Assembly: GCA_965223545.1 (NCBI GenBank)
Contig: OZ245006.1
Coordinates: 2,592,001-2,656,000, forward strand
DNA from: Planctomycetota bacterium
Lineage (GTDB): Bacteria; Planctomycetota; UBA1135; UBA2386
DNA length: 64,000 nucleotides
Direction: 5' to 3'
The notes below the pieces were generated by a model, which saw only the letters and a list, made by a program, of their open reading frames with translations, was not told the DNA's origin and ran no database searches. Positions 48,109 to 57,887 of the stretch are shown in pieces. The number at the start of each line of letters is the position of its first letter. The first letter of the stretch is position 1. The position numbers and the translations under genes were made by a program.

Positions 48109-50334
48109 TCAGCGGATCGCGAAGGCAGAATCGAGCTCGCGGCGCCGACCCAGCGCGTCGGTCCACGACCAACGCACCGTCACGGTGGTGCCCGCGCCGA
48201 ATGGTGCGCGGGGATAGAAGGCGTGCACGCCGGCGTGCGCGAAGCCGGCACCGCCCGGACTCTCGGCCCCGGAGAGAACCACTCCCTCGACGAACGCGTC
48301 GTCACACCGCACTCGACACTCGACCTCGTCCAGTGCGTCGACGTCGGCGCCGTGCACGTGCAGGGTGAGCGGATAGCCGATCTCGACGCGGGGCGTCGCC
48401 GTCACCGCGGCGACCAACGTGGGCGGCAGGGTATCGCAAGCGACGGCCGCGGCGATCCCGGTGGCCCCGTCGCGGGGATACGCGGTGATCGACGCTGCGC
48501 CGCCACGGCGCGTCGCCGGCGCGAGGACCGTCGCCCCGTTTGCGTCGGCGCACTCGAACAGCGCCAACCCGGGGTCGAGGAGGCGGTGCCGATCCGCGGG
48601 CCGCGCCAGCCACGCATCGACCGCCGCGGCCCGCGGATCGCCCTGCCCGACGATTGCTCGACGCGCCAACGAGACCGCTCCGGCGGGGACAGCACGCCCT
48701 CCACCCCGAGCCCGCGCCAGGGCTTCCGCCGCGGAGTCGCGACTGCGCACCCAGCCGATCGGCACGATGTCCTGCGCCACGCGCAGGCGGTTGATGGCAT
48801 CCAGCCAGCCGCGCACACGACGGTCGGCGCCGGCCACCCGGGTCGGCGGCCGGCGCAAGACGGTGTCCTGGTAGATCCCCTCCTCGGTCCAGAAGCGGCG
48901 CCAGTCGCTCTGCAGCTCATCGAGCGGAGGCGTACCCCGCATCGCGCCAAAGGCCGACCAGACATCGCCCGGCACCGCAGCACCGACGCCGGCATCGGAC
49001 AGCGCGCGCAGCAACGCCGGATCGCGGCGCATCAAGTAGTCGCACACCGCCCACGCCAGCACCCGATCGTCGCCGCCCATGCGGTGCGCCGGCACCGCGG
49101 GCAGCCGCGCGAACGGCGCGTCGTCCTGCCGCCACGCCTGCTCCAACACCATGCCGACCCAGTCGTTGACGTCGACCATCGCGGCTTCTTCGGCGTCGAA
49201 GGTGACGCCGCCCGCGACGGTGCCGGGGCGAGACTCACCACCGGCGCGGCCCAACAGGAACACGAGATTGCGGCCCAGGAGCAGATTGACGAGTGCGTGG
49301 CCGATCCCCTCCTTCAGCGCGGCCGGCCGCATTGCGGCCAAGTCGACCACCACCGCACGCACCACGTGGTCGAGCAACCTGGAGAGGAGATCTTCGTAGG
49401 CGACGTAGACCCAGCGGGCGCCGCTGTGCACCCGCGCCGCAGCGCAGCTCTCGAGCAAGAACTGCATCTCGCCTTGCTCGAAGACATCCTCGTTGGCGCG
49501 GACCACGGCCTCCCAGGCATCGCGCTCGGTGAAGAACGCCAGCTCGGCGGACTGCAGGGGCTCGTCGCGGTAGTCGGCAAAGCCGCGGAAGAGCGAACGC
49601 GCGAGCCACAACGCTCGCTCGGCATGCGTCGCGGCAGCGACCAACCAATCGCGCGACACGTCGCCCCAAACGACGAAATTGGCGGTGCGGACGCCGCGGT
49701 GCTCGACTCCGGCGCGCGCCAGTGAAGGCTGCCGCGCGTCGCGATCCATGTCCTCGACCACCGGCTCGTAGGTGCGCAGCCAGGCGACCACGTGGCGCAG
49801 GTAGTGCGAGCGCTGCAGGATGGCGAGCTCCTCCGGCGTGCCGAACAGACCGTCGAACTGCGCCAACTGCAGCGCCGCCGCCGCCGCCGCGTCGTCGGGC
49901 CGAAAGCGGAGCACACGGCGGTAGTGCGCCGTGGCGACCGCCTCATCGCCATCCGCCGCGGCGCGCTCGGCGACGCGCCGGTGGCCGGCCGCCAGCTTGT
50001 CGCCGAGCTTGCGCCAGGCGCGCTCGAGCGCAGTCGCCCGCGACGGTGGCGCGGTGTCCCGCTCGGGGTATGGCCGCGACGAGTCCGGCGCCCACGCCGT
50101 GCCCAGGCGCACGTAGCCGAGCGCATTCCACGACGGCTCGTGGTCTCCGTCGTACTCGGTGACGACCTCGACCCAGATCTTCCGCGCCCGGTTGGCGAAG
50201 CCGACGTCGAACCAGCGCTGGGCATGCCGGTGTAGCTGCTGCGCGGCGTCGGCGACGAAGCGCTCGGCCGCGCCCTGGGCGACGGCCGGAACGACGAACA
50301 GGAGAAGGCCGGTGGCTGCTGAAAGGCGCTTCAT
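48109..50334 (-). CDS. Large secreted protein with TPR-like N-terminus and degenerate CAP-like C-terminal region
   Basis: Signal peptide; DAINRLRVAQDIVPI and AAVDAWLARPADRHRLLDP resemble CAP/SCP motifs. Confidence 0.6.
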   Translation of the reverse strand: MKRLSAATGLLLFVVPAVAQGAAERFVADAAQQLHRHAQRWFDVGFANRARKIWVEVVTEYDGDHEPSWNALGYVRLGTAWAPDSSRPYPERDTAPPSRATALERAWRKLGDKLAAGHRRVAERAAADGDEAVATAHYRRVLRFRPDDAAAAAALQLAQFDGLFGTPEELAILQRSHYLRHVVAWLRTYEPVVEDMDRDARQPSLARAGVEHRGVRTANFVVWGDVSRDWLVAAATHAERALWLARSLFRGFADYRDEPLQSAELAFFTERDAWEAVVRANEDVFEQGEMQFLLESCAAARVHSGARWVYVAYEDLLSRLLDHVVRAVVVDLAAMRPAALKEGIGHALVNLLLGRNLVFLLGRAGGESRPGTVAGGVTFDAEEAAMVDVNDWVGMVLEQAWRQDDAPFARLPAVPAHRMGGDDRVLAWAVCDYLMRRDPALLRALSDAGVGAAVPGDVWSAFGAMRGTPPLDELQSDWRRFWTEEGIYQDTVLRRPPTRVAGADRRVRGWLDAINRLRVAQDIVPIGWVRSRDSAAEALARARGGGRAVPAGAVSLARRAIVGQGDPRAAAVDAWLARPADRHRLLDPGLALFECADANGATVLAPATRRGGAASITAYPRDGATGIAAAVACDTLPPTLVAAVTATPRVEIGYPLTLHVHGADVDALDEVECRVRCDDAFVEGVVLSGAESPGGAGFAHAGVHAFYPRAPFGAGTTVTVRWSWTDALGRRRELDSAFAIR

Positions 50335-50474
50335 GGCGTCGATTCCCGACGGACGCCGGGGCGGGACCGCACCCGGACACTATCCGTCCGGTCCGTCGAG
50401 GCAACCGCTCGACCAGGGGAGGCCGGCGAAGCGCCGGTCCGGCGCGCGCGGCCAACGGCCGCGCAGCGCGGGGT

Positions 50475-50497
50475 CGCTCCCCGCGACGCGGGGAGCG
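50475..50497 (-). terminator. Hairpin downstream of secreted paralog
   Basis: CGCTCCCCGCG-A-CGCGGGGAGCG inverted repeat about 22 nt after the stop at 50520. Confidence 0.5.
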
Positions 50498-50519
50498 CTT
50501 TCGCCCATCAGGGCCGGTC

Positions 50520-51497
50520 TTACTGACCGATGGTGAAGCTACCGGCGTTCGACGCGATCCAGCCGGTGGTGTCGAAGTTGAACCACTGGTTGTAGAGCGT
50601 CTTGCCGAGCAGGTTGGCCTGGTTGGGGACCGACAGCGGCCAGTTGGCCGTGCCGTCCGCACTCGTCAGCGGCACACCCGGGATCGGCAGGAAGAGCTCA
50701 CCCGAGACCAAGAAGTTGCAGCCGGCCGGGCTGACCGGGCTCTGGAAGGGCAACGGCAGACCGAGCCAAGTGGTGTTGGAGGCGCCGAGCATCAGCACGC
50801 CGGGCTGAGCCGGAGCGGCGTGACGGAGGAGCACCTCGAAGTTGGTGCTGCCCAGGACCGGGGTCTCCTTGTAGGAGATCGCCGGCGTCTGGCGCGCCGT
50901 GCCACGGCTGCAGATCAGCTCCCACGCCGGGAAACCGGCGCCGGTGTAGAAGCCCCAAGCCCGGCCGGAGCCAGCTGGACGGTTGAGCGTGGACAGGGTG
51001 GGGGCGGTGCCGGCCTGCACCATCGCGACTTCCGCGACATTGCGGCCGAGCTGCGAGATCCAGACGTTGCTGCCGGCGGTCACGGCGACCGGCTGATCGA
51101 AATACGCCTCGTACCAGGCAGGCGTGGTCACACCGGGAACGCGCATCGTCGCGCACGCAACCGCGTTGGCGGCCGCCGTGCTGGTGCCCGCACCGCCGCT
51201 GTCCAGGTACAGAGCGCAGGGGACGTAAGCGGTCGAGGTCGAGCTCGAAGCAGCGGTGAAGAGCCGCATCCCGAGGATGACGGTGTCCTGCGACACCTGA
51301 ACACCGAAGGCCCATTCCTGGTTGAGGCGGGAAACGCCTTGCAGAGGGCCGGTGGTGCCGGCGTTGAGGGACTCGCAGATACTGCCGGTGCCCGAGCCGG
51401 CGCAGCCGGCGCCGAACGTATCCCACTCGGGGCTTTGGGCGGAGAGAGAGACTGTCAAGAGGCAGCTCGTCGCTGCCGCCAAGGCGAACTTCAACAT
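50520..51497 (-). CDS. Secreted protein, tandem paralog 2, with lineage-type domain
   Basis: Signal MLKFALAAATSCLLTVSLSAQ; FGAGCAG; C-terminal ETPVLG...GCNFLVS...LYNQW...SNAGSFTIG. Confidence 0.8.
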   Translation of the reverse strand: MLKFALAAATSCLLTVSLSAQSPEWDTFGAGCAGSGTGSICESLNAGTTGPLQGVSRLNQEWAFGVQVSQDTVILGMRLFTAASSSTSTAYVPCALYLDSGGAGTSTAAANAVACATMRVPGVTTPAWYEAYFDQPVAVTAGSNVWISQLGRNVAEVAMVQAGTAPTLSTLNRPAGSGRAWGFYTGAGFPAWELICSRGTARQTPAISYKETPVLGSTNFEVLLRHAAPAQPGVLMLGASNTTWLGLPLPFQSPVSPAGCNFLVSGELFLPIPGVPLTSADGTANWPLSVPNQANLLGKTLYNQWFNFDTTGWIASNAGSFTIGQ

Positions 51498-51829
51498 GAA
51501 GGAGAACTCGTGGGTGATGGTTCGACGTGAAAGAAAGAAGCTGAACCGAGGCGTTCGACACCAGGGCTCCGCATCAGGGTTCCACAGAAAACGTGGAGGG
51601 GGGAGGGGGCGGGAACCTACGACGTGAGCGGGGAGAGTTCCGACAGGGAAAAACGGCCCGGGTCGATGGTCTACCCGCGGCGAGTCTAACCGCAACGGCA
51701 TGCACGCGCGGACCGCTACCCAAACGCCACTGCCCCCCCTCGAGAGAGTGGGGCCGGTGGATCAAATTCGCTTCGGCGCATGTGGCCGAAGCCGCGGCGC
51801 GCGCGAGGGCGCGCCGCGAGGCCGAGACA

Positions 51830-52801
51830 TCAGTTCCCGACGGTGAACGTACCGGCGTTGGAGGCGTGCCAGCCGGTGGTGTCGAAGTTGAACCACTGGT
51901 TGAACAGCGGGACCCCGACCAGCGCGGCGTTGTTCGGCACCGCGATCGGCATGTTGGCCGTGCCCTCGGCGCTCGTCAGCGGCACGCCCGGGATCGGAAG
52001 GAACACCTCACCCGAGACCAGGAAGTTGCATCCCGGCGGGCTGACGGGGCTCTGGAACGGCAAGGGCAGACCCAACCAGGTGGTGTTGGACACGCCGAGC
52101 ATCAGCACACCGGGCTGACCCGGAGCCGCGTGGCGCAGCAACACCTCGAACGTCGAACCGAGGGCCGGCGTCTCGTGGTAGGTGAGCAGCGGGGTCTGCA
52201 GCTCCGTTCCGCGCAGGCAGATGAGCTCCCAGATCGGGTTCTGCACGATGCCGGTGACCGACCAGCCGCCGCCACCACCTGCCGGGCGACGCCACAGCGT
52301 CGGCACGACCGCGGGAGTGCCGGCCAGGACATCGGCGACGTTGACGTTGCCGGAATCGAACTGGGAGATCCAGACGGTGCTACCGGCGGTCACCGCCACG
52401 GGCGTGCTGAAGTAGGCCTCGTACCAGGCCGGCGTCGTGGTTCCCTCGACGCGCATCGTACCCGTCGTGACCGCGCTGGTGGCGGCCGTGGCGGTCGCGG
52501 CGCCGGTGTCGAGGTAGAGGCCACACGTCATGAACGTGGACGTACCGGAGGTGGCGGACGCGGTCCACAGGCGCATGCCCAAGATGACCGTGTCGGCTGT
52601 GATGTTCACGCCGTAGGCGTACTCGTTGGCGAGGTTTTGGATGTTGAGCGGGCCCGTGTTCGCGGTGTTGAACGACTCGCAAACGCTACCGGTGCCGGTG
52701 CCGGCACAACCCGCGCCAAACGTGTTCCACTGCGCCTGCTGCGCGGAGAGAGTGAAGGACAGGAGGCAGCCGGTCGCCGCCACCAAAGCTTGCTTGAGCA
52801 T
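51830..52801 (-). CDS. Secreted protein, tandem paralog 1, with lineage-type domain
   Basis: Signal MLKQALVAATGCLLSFTLSAQ; colinear and highly similar to 50520..51497. Confidence 0.8.
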   Translation of the reverse strand: MLKQALVAATGCLLSFTLSAQQAQWNTFGAGCAGTGTGSVCESFNTANTGPLNIQNLANEYAYGVNITADTVILGMRLWTASATSGTSTFMTCGLYLDTGAATATAATSAVTTGTMRVEGTTTPAWYEAYFSTPVAVTAGSTVWISQFDSGNVNVADVLAGTPAVVPTLWRRPAGGGGGWSVTGIVQNPIWELICLRGTELQTPLLTYHETPALGSTFEVLLRHAAPGQPGVLMLGVSNTTWLGLPLPFQSPVSPPGCNFLVSGEVFLPIPGVPLTSAEGTANMPIAVPNNAALVGVPLFNQWFNFDTTGWHASNAGTFTVGN

Positions 52802-52931
52802 GGATGAAGGAGAGAAAGGGGGGTGTGGGGAGAGAAAGAAGGGATGGAGCCGACTCCAAAAGTCGCCGAACTCCGACCCCATAGAGTAACAGAATCGTCG
52901 CCGACCAGAACGGTAATGATGCCTCCGGCGA

Positions 52932-55001
52932 CTACGGGAGTTCCCGTCCCAAGCCTCCGAGCAGCGTGTCTTCGCCGTCTGCGGGGTGCTGCTTCGTCGA
53001 ACCGGTGAACGACCCGAAGGCCGCTGCGATGGAGAAGTCCGTCCGCCTGGACCACGCCGGATAGAGCGCGGTACCGACCCCCGGGAGATTGACCGGTTCG
53101 ACGCCACCGATCAAATCGTCGAACGACACGCCCACCAGACAAGGCGACCGGGCCAGAAAGCGATGCACCGCGCCGACGAACGACCGGGACTGCGCGGCGC
53201 CGAACGACAACCCACAGCGACGCATCCCGCGCACCAATGCCGCGCGCGCGCGCGCCCGCTCGGCTCGGTCGACCGGCAGGCCGAGGCGCTCGCGCAGATC
53301 CAGGTCGGCACCGGTCCACCACGCCCACAGCGAGGGGTGGTCGTGGGTGTTGGCGGTCAACAGCGCACCAGGTGAAAAGCGGCGCGGGTCGCGAAAGCCG
53401 CAGCGGTCGCGTTCGAACAAGAGCACGCGCGAGGACAGCACCCCGACCTCCGCCAACCGGCGGGAGAAGCCACGCGGCACGGTGCCGAGATCCTCACCGA
53501 CGATCACGCACTGCCGGGCGCGGCTCTCGGCGGTCACGATGCCGAGCAGCTCGGCCAACGGGTAGCGCACGTAGGCGCCGCGCGCCGGCTCGGCTCCCCG
53601 CGGGATCCAGTACTGCCGCTGCAACCCCATCGCATGGTCGATGCGCAGCATGCCGCCGTGCGCGGACGCCGCGCGCAGCACGGCGCGGAAGTAGCGGTGG
53701 CCATCGGCCGCGGCGCGGTGCGGGTGAGTCGGCGGCACGCCCCACACCTGGCCATCGGCACAGTAGTCGTCGGGCGGCGCCCCCAGACTGACGTCGCAGA
53801 CGAGCGTGCCGGGAAAGGCCCAGGCGTCGAACCCGGACGCCAAGGCACCCAGCGCCAAGTCGTGGTACAGACCGAGGCGCATGCCGAGCGCGCGCGCGCG
53901 CGCGGCGCAGCCGGCGAGTTGGACGTCGAGTGCGAACTGGGCGAACAGCTGGCGATCCACCGCGTCGGCATGCGCTGCGGCAAACTCGGCGACGGCGGCG
54001 GAGGCGGGATCGCGCAGCGGCGCCGGCCACCGCCGCCAGTCGCCAGTGCCGTGCTCGGCGTCCAGCGCGCAGAACACCGCAAAGCGCCACGCCGCGCGGG
54101 CATCGCGGGCGACGAACGCGGCGAACTCCGGGCTGCGGCCGCGACCCGCGCGGAACGCGGGCAAGAGTGCCGCCAGCGCCGCCTCGCGATGCGCTGCAAC
54201 CGCCGGATAGTCGATCCAGGGACCACCGGCTTCCGGTGGCATCGCGAACGCTCCGGCCGGTGCCTCGCCCGCCTCCGGCAACGCGGCCACATCGAGGTAG
54301 GCCGGACTGCGGAACAGCCGGCTGATGCCGCTGTACGGGCTGATCTCCGGCGGCTGGCAGCGCGTCGCGTGCAGTGGATTGAGACCGACGAAGTCGGCGC
54401 CCGCGGAGGCGGCGTGCCCGATCAGCTGGCCGAGCTCGGCGGTCGTCCCGCAGCCGGCCTCGGCGCCGCCCCGCAGCGCGTACAGATTGCACCAAACACC
54501 GAACGCCCGCTCCGGCGGCGCGTGCGCTGCAGCGGGCGCAACGATCAGCGTCTGCGCCCCCGTCCGCACACCGCCGGCGGCGCCGCGCACCTCCGCGTGC
54601 AGCCTGTAGATGCCCGCTGCCAGCGGCGGCAGCAATGCGGGCCGCCCAGGCGCGAGATCGACGCGTGCCTCGGCGCCGTCCTCACCCAGAAGACACAGCT
54701 CACCACCGCGCCGTCGCGGGCCCTGCAGGCGCACCGTGATCGGCGCCGCGGCCGGCGCAACGGCCACCGGCGGCAGCAACCGCTCGCCCGCGGCAGCGTC
54801 CATCTGGCGCAGAGTGGCGGTCGCCTCGCGCTCGGACCGCGCCGGCAACTCCATCGCCGCGAGCAACGCCACCCGTGTGGCGTCGTCGGTGCGCCGCAGG
54901 ACACCGCGCGCATCGACGTAGCCGGCCAGGATGCCGGCGCGCGCGGCCAACCGGCGCAGTGCCGGCCGCGCCCGGCGCGCCACCCCGACCCGACGCGTCA
55001 T
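52932..55001 (-). CDS. malQ: 4-alpha-glucanotransferase (amylomaltase, GH77)
   Basis: GLNPLHA, SPYS, LYHDLALG, GAPPD, LRIDHAMGL, IVGEDLGTVP, THDHP, VNLPG. Confidence 0.92.
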   Translation of the reverse strand: MTRRVGVARRARPALRRLAARAGILAGYVDARGVLRRTDDATRVALLAAMELPARSEREATATLRQMDAAAGERLLPPVAVAPAAAPITVRLQGPRRRGGELCLLGEDGAEARVDLAPGRPALLPPLAAGIYRLHAEVRGAAGGVRTGAQTLIVAPAAAHAPPERAFGVWCNLYALRGGAEAGCGTTAELGQLIGHAASAGADFVGLNPLHATRCQPPEISPYSGISRLFRSPAYLDVAALPEAGEAPAGAFAMPPEAGGPWIDYPAVAAHREAALAALLPAFRAGRGRSPEFAAFVARDARAAWRFAVFCALDAEHGTGDWRRWPAPLRDPASAAVAEFAAAHADAVDRQLFAQFALDVQLAGCAARARALGMRLGLYHDLALGALASGFDAWAFPGTLVCDVSLGAPPDDYCADGQVWGVPPTHPHRAAADGHRYFRAVLRAASAHGGMLRIDHAMGLQRQYWIPRGAEPARGAYVRYPLAELLGIVTAESRARQCVIVGEDLGTVPRGFSRRLAEVGVLSSRVLLFERDRCGFRDPRRFSPGALLTANTHDHPSLWAWWTGADLDLRERLGLPVDRAERARARAALVRGMRRCGLSFGAAQSRSFVGAVHRFLARSPCLVGVSFDDLIGGVEPVNLPGVGTALYPAWSRRTDFSIAAAFGSFTGSTKQHPADGEDTLLGGLGRELP

Positions 55002-55006
55002 CACCG

Positions 55007-56695
55007 CTAGCGCTGGTAGCGCACCACGCTGCCGACGATGGTCGCCTCGACGACGGCGTCGGCGAGCTGCTCGTCGGGCACGGTGAGGATGTCGTGCGAC
55101 AGCACCGCGATATCGGCCAGCATACCAGGCGCGAGCGTGCCCTTGACGTCGTCCTCGAATGCCGCGCTGGCGGCCCACGAGGTGTAGGACTGCAGCGCCT
55201 CACGCCGCGTCATGCACTGCTCGGCGAAGAACGTCCGCCCATCCGCCATGACCCGCGTCGCCGCGGCGCGGAAGCTGGCCAGCGGATCGATGTCCTCGAC
55301 CGGCGCGTCGGTGCCGTTGGTGACCAGCGCTCCGCTGTCGATCAGCGTGCGCCACATGTAGGCCCCGCTGCGCGCCCGCTCCTCGCCCAACCTCGCGATC
55401 ACGTACGGCGCATCGGAGGTGCAGTGCACGGCCTGCATCGACGCGATCACTCCGAGCGGGGCAAACCGCGCCAGGTCGTCGGGATGCACGTGCTGGGTGT
55501 GCTCGACGCGCCAGCGCAGGCCGGCCAGCTGCGGACCCGCCACGCGTTCGAACAGATCCAGCACCTCGCGATTGGCGCGGTCACCGATCGCGTGCACGCA
55601 CATCTGGAAGCCGTGCCGCAACGCCAGCTGCGCGGTCTCGGTGACACTCTCGACCGACGCCGTGGCGAGCCCCGTGCTGTCCGGCGCATCGGCATACGGT
55701 TCCAACAACCAGGCGCCGCGCGGCCCCAAGGCGCCGTCGATCGACCGCTTCAGCGCCCGCACGGTGAGGAAGTGGTTGCCGATTCCGACCATCCGGTAGC
55801 GCGGCAGACGCTGCGCCAGCCGCTGGTTGCTCTCCCGGATCATGACCCACAACCGCACGTCGAGCTCGCCGCGCAGCGCGAGATCGCGCATCACATCGAC
55901 TTCGGCGAAGCTCGAGCCGGCATCCTGAAAACTGGTCACGCCGTTGGCCAGACACTCGCGCTCGGCGAGCTCGATGGCGTGCTCGATCCGCGCCCGGCGC
56001 GCCGCCGGGTCGCGCCGCACGTCGGCCCCGCGCACGATGGCGCCGACCAGGCCCTGCGCGCGTTCGCTCAACACCCCGATCGGCTGCCCGCTCTCGTCGT
56101 GCAGGATCTCACCGCCCTCGGGGGACTCGGTGCCGGCGTCGATCCCCGCCAGCTGCATCGCCTTTTGGTTGACGAAGCAGGCGTGGCCGCTGGCGTGCAC
56201 CAGGCGCACCGGGTTGTCGGGGGACACGGCGCTGAGCGCGTCGTGCCGGGGAAAGCCCGCGACCGCATCGGGCGGTGGCTCCACCCACTTCTCCTGGTGC
56301 CAGCCCCGCCCCAGAATCCACGCCCCCGGCTCGGCCTCGCGCGCCGCGGCGGCGACCATCGCCACGATCTCGTCCCACGAATCGACGGTCATCAAGTCGA
56401 GCACCTGCAGGGCCTCGCCGATGCCGGTGAAGTGGGCGTGCCCCTCGATGAAGCCGGGAACCGCGGTGCGCCCCTCGAGCTCGAGCACCCGTGTGCGGGC
56501 ACCGATCCACCGCTCGATGTCGGCGTCGCTGCCCAGCGCGACGACGCGGTCTCCGACCGCGGCCAACGCCTCGACCTCGCCGAAGCGATCGTCCACGGTG
56601 ACGATCTTGCCACCACGCAGCACCAGGTCCGCGGATCCCTGGGCCCCGACCGCGCCGCCGAGCGCCAACACCAAGAGACAGAAGGGCGATCTCAT
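55007..56695 (-). CDS. Secreted amidohydrolase (Amidohydro_3/YtcJ-like)
   Basis: PGFIEGHAH, DGALG, HAIGDRAN, RVEHTQ, GTDAPVE, GTLAPGMLADIAVL. Confidence 0.9.
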   Translation of the reverse strand: MRSPFCLLVLALGGAVGAQGSADLVLRGGKIVTVDDRFGEVEALAAVGDRVVALGSDADIERWIGARTRVLELEGRTAVPGFIEGHAHFTGIGEALQVLDLMTVDSWDEIVAMVAAAAREAEPGAWILGRGWHQEKWVEPPPDAVAGFPRHDALSAVSPDNPVRLVHASGHACFVNQKAMQLAGIDAGTESPEGGEILHDESGQPIGVLSERAQGLVGAIVRGADVRRDPAARRARIEHAIELAERECLANGVTSFQDAGSSFAEVDVMRDLALRGELDVRLWVMIRESNQRLAQRLPRYRMVGIGNHFLTVRALKRSIDGALGPRGAWLLEPYADAPDSTGLATASVESVTETAQLALRHGFQMCVHAIGDRANREVLDLFERVAGPQLAGLRWRVEHTQHVHPDDLARFAPLGVIASMQAVHCTSDAPYVIARLGEERARSGAYMWRTLIDSGALVTNGTDAPVEDIDPLASFRAAATRVMADGRTFFAEQCMTRREALQSYTSWAASAAFEDDVKGTLAPGMLADIAVLSHDILTVPDEQLADAVVEATIVGSVVRYQR

Positions 56696-56764
56696 GAGCG
56701 CAGCGTAAGCTCACGCCCTCGCGCGCGCCCACGTTTCCAGGGCCAAGCGCGGTATCCTGCGACC

Positions 56765-57859
56765 ATGCGCACCCGTCTCCGCCGCAAGCTGTTGGCCGCC
56801 GCCATCGGCATCGGCATGGCCCTGCTCGCGGTGGAGGGCGCACTGCGCCTGGCCGGCGTGGCGCCGCCCGGCTTCCAGCCGTATCCGCGCACTCACGTGC
56901 GGGGTCTGTTCGTCGCCCGCGACGACGACCGGGGCTACGGCTACCAGCCGTCGTTCTCCTGCGAGGTGCAACGCGCCGGGCGGACCACGACCGTGACCAC
57001 CAACGCCGACGGTTTCCGCGACCGATCGTTCGACGACCAGCCAGCGGCAGCTCGCCGGATCCTGACCGTCGGTTGCTCGCTCACTGCCGGCTGGGGCCTC
57101 GAGGCCGAGGAGAGCTGGCCGCGGCAGCTCGAGCACGCGCTGAACGAGGCCGCGCCCGAGCGACCGGCGCGCGTCTTCAATGCCGGAGTCACCGGCTACA
57201 ACATGCGACAGGCGCGGCGCACGGCAGAGCAGCTGCTCGACCGAGTGCGGCCGGAGGTCGTCGTGATGGGGCTGTACCCCATGGGCTACGACCGATTGGC
57301 AATGCCGTTCACCGTGTACGAGGGGTACCTGGTGCGGGATGCCCAGGTTCCACGGCTGCGGCTCGAAGACGACGGTTTCTTTCAGTCCCTGTTCCGCGGG
57401 TCGGCGATGCAGAGCATCGACCACGCGATGCACCGCTGGTGCTGGATCGGCGCCTTCGCGCTGCGCGCGGCCGGCAACGCCAAGCGCGCCGCCTTCGAGG
57501 AGCGCCGCGGCCCGGACCTGTCGCGCGACGCCGTCGCCGCCAACCTGGCACCGCTCCACGACGAGGCCGGAGCGCTCGCCGCGGCGTGCGCGGCGCGCGG
57601 CATCCGGTTCGCGGCGCTGATCATCGCGATCCAGGAGGACGACGGCAGCTACAGCGACTTCCAGCATCTTCTGGACGAGCTGACCGTGGACTACTGCCAC
57701 GGCCGCGCGCTGCTGCACGTGCCGACCCTGTCGGCGTTCGCCGCGGAGGCCGGCGGCGCGCCGCTGTTCAAGCTGCCCGGCGACCTCCATTGGTCGGCGC
57801 GCGCCCACCGTCGGGGCGCCGAGCTGATGGCTGCGGCGCTGCACGCCAACGGCCAATGA
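56765..57859 (+). CDS. SGNH/GDSL-family hydrolase, membrane anchored
   Basis: EGALRLAG, TNADGFRD, VGCSLTAG, NAGVTGY, DLHWSARAH. Confidence 0.8.
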   Translation: MRTRLRRKLLAAAIGIGMALLAVEGALRLAGVAPPGFQPYPRTHVRGLFVARDDDRGYGYQPSFSCEVQRAGRTTTVTTNADGFRDRSFDDQPAAARRILTVGCSLTAGWGLEAEESWPRQLEHALNEAAPERPARVFNAGVTGYNMRQARRTAEQLLDRVRPEVVVMGLYPMGYDRLAMPFTVYEGYLVRDAQVPRLRLEDDGFFQSLFRGSAMQSIDHAMHRWCWIGAFALRAAGNAKRAAFEERRGPDLSRDAVAANLAPLHDEAGALAAACAARGIRFAALIIAIQEDDGSYSDFQHLLDELTVDYCHGRALLHVPTLSAFAAEAGGAPLFKLPGDLHWSARAHRRGAELMAAALHANGQ

Positions 57860-57887
57860 CGACGGCCGTTTGCCGGACGCGCCGGCG

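Noticed and set aside
51498..51829. Riboswitch in the long intergenic region between the paralogs
   Set aside because: Hairpins are present but no aptamer consensus that I recognise
54875..56764. 994-aa ORF as an extended SGNH protein
   Set aside because: The upstream part is antisense to the amidohydrolase; the real start is ATG 56765
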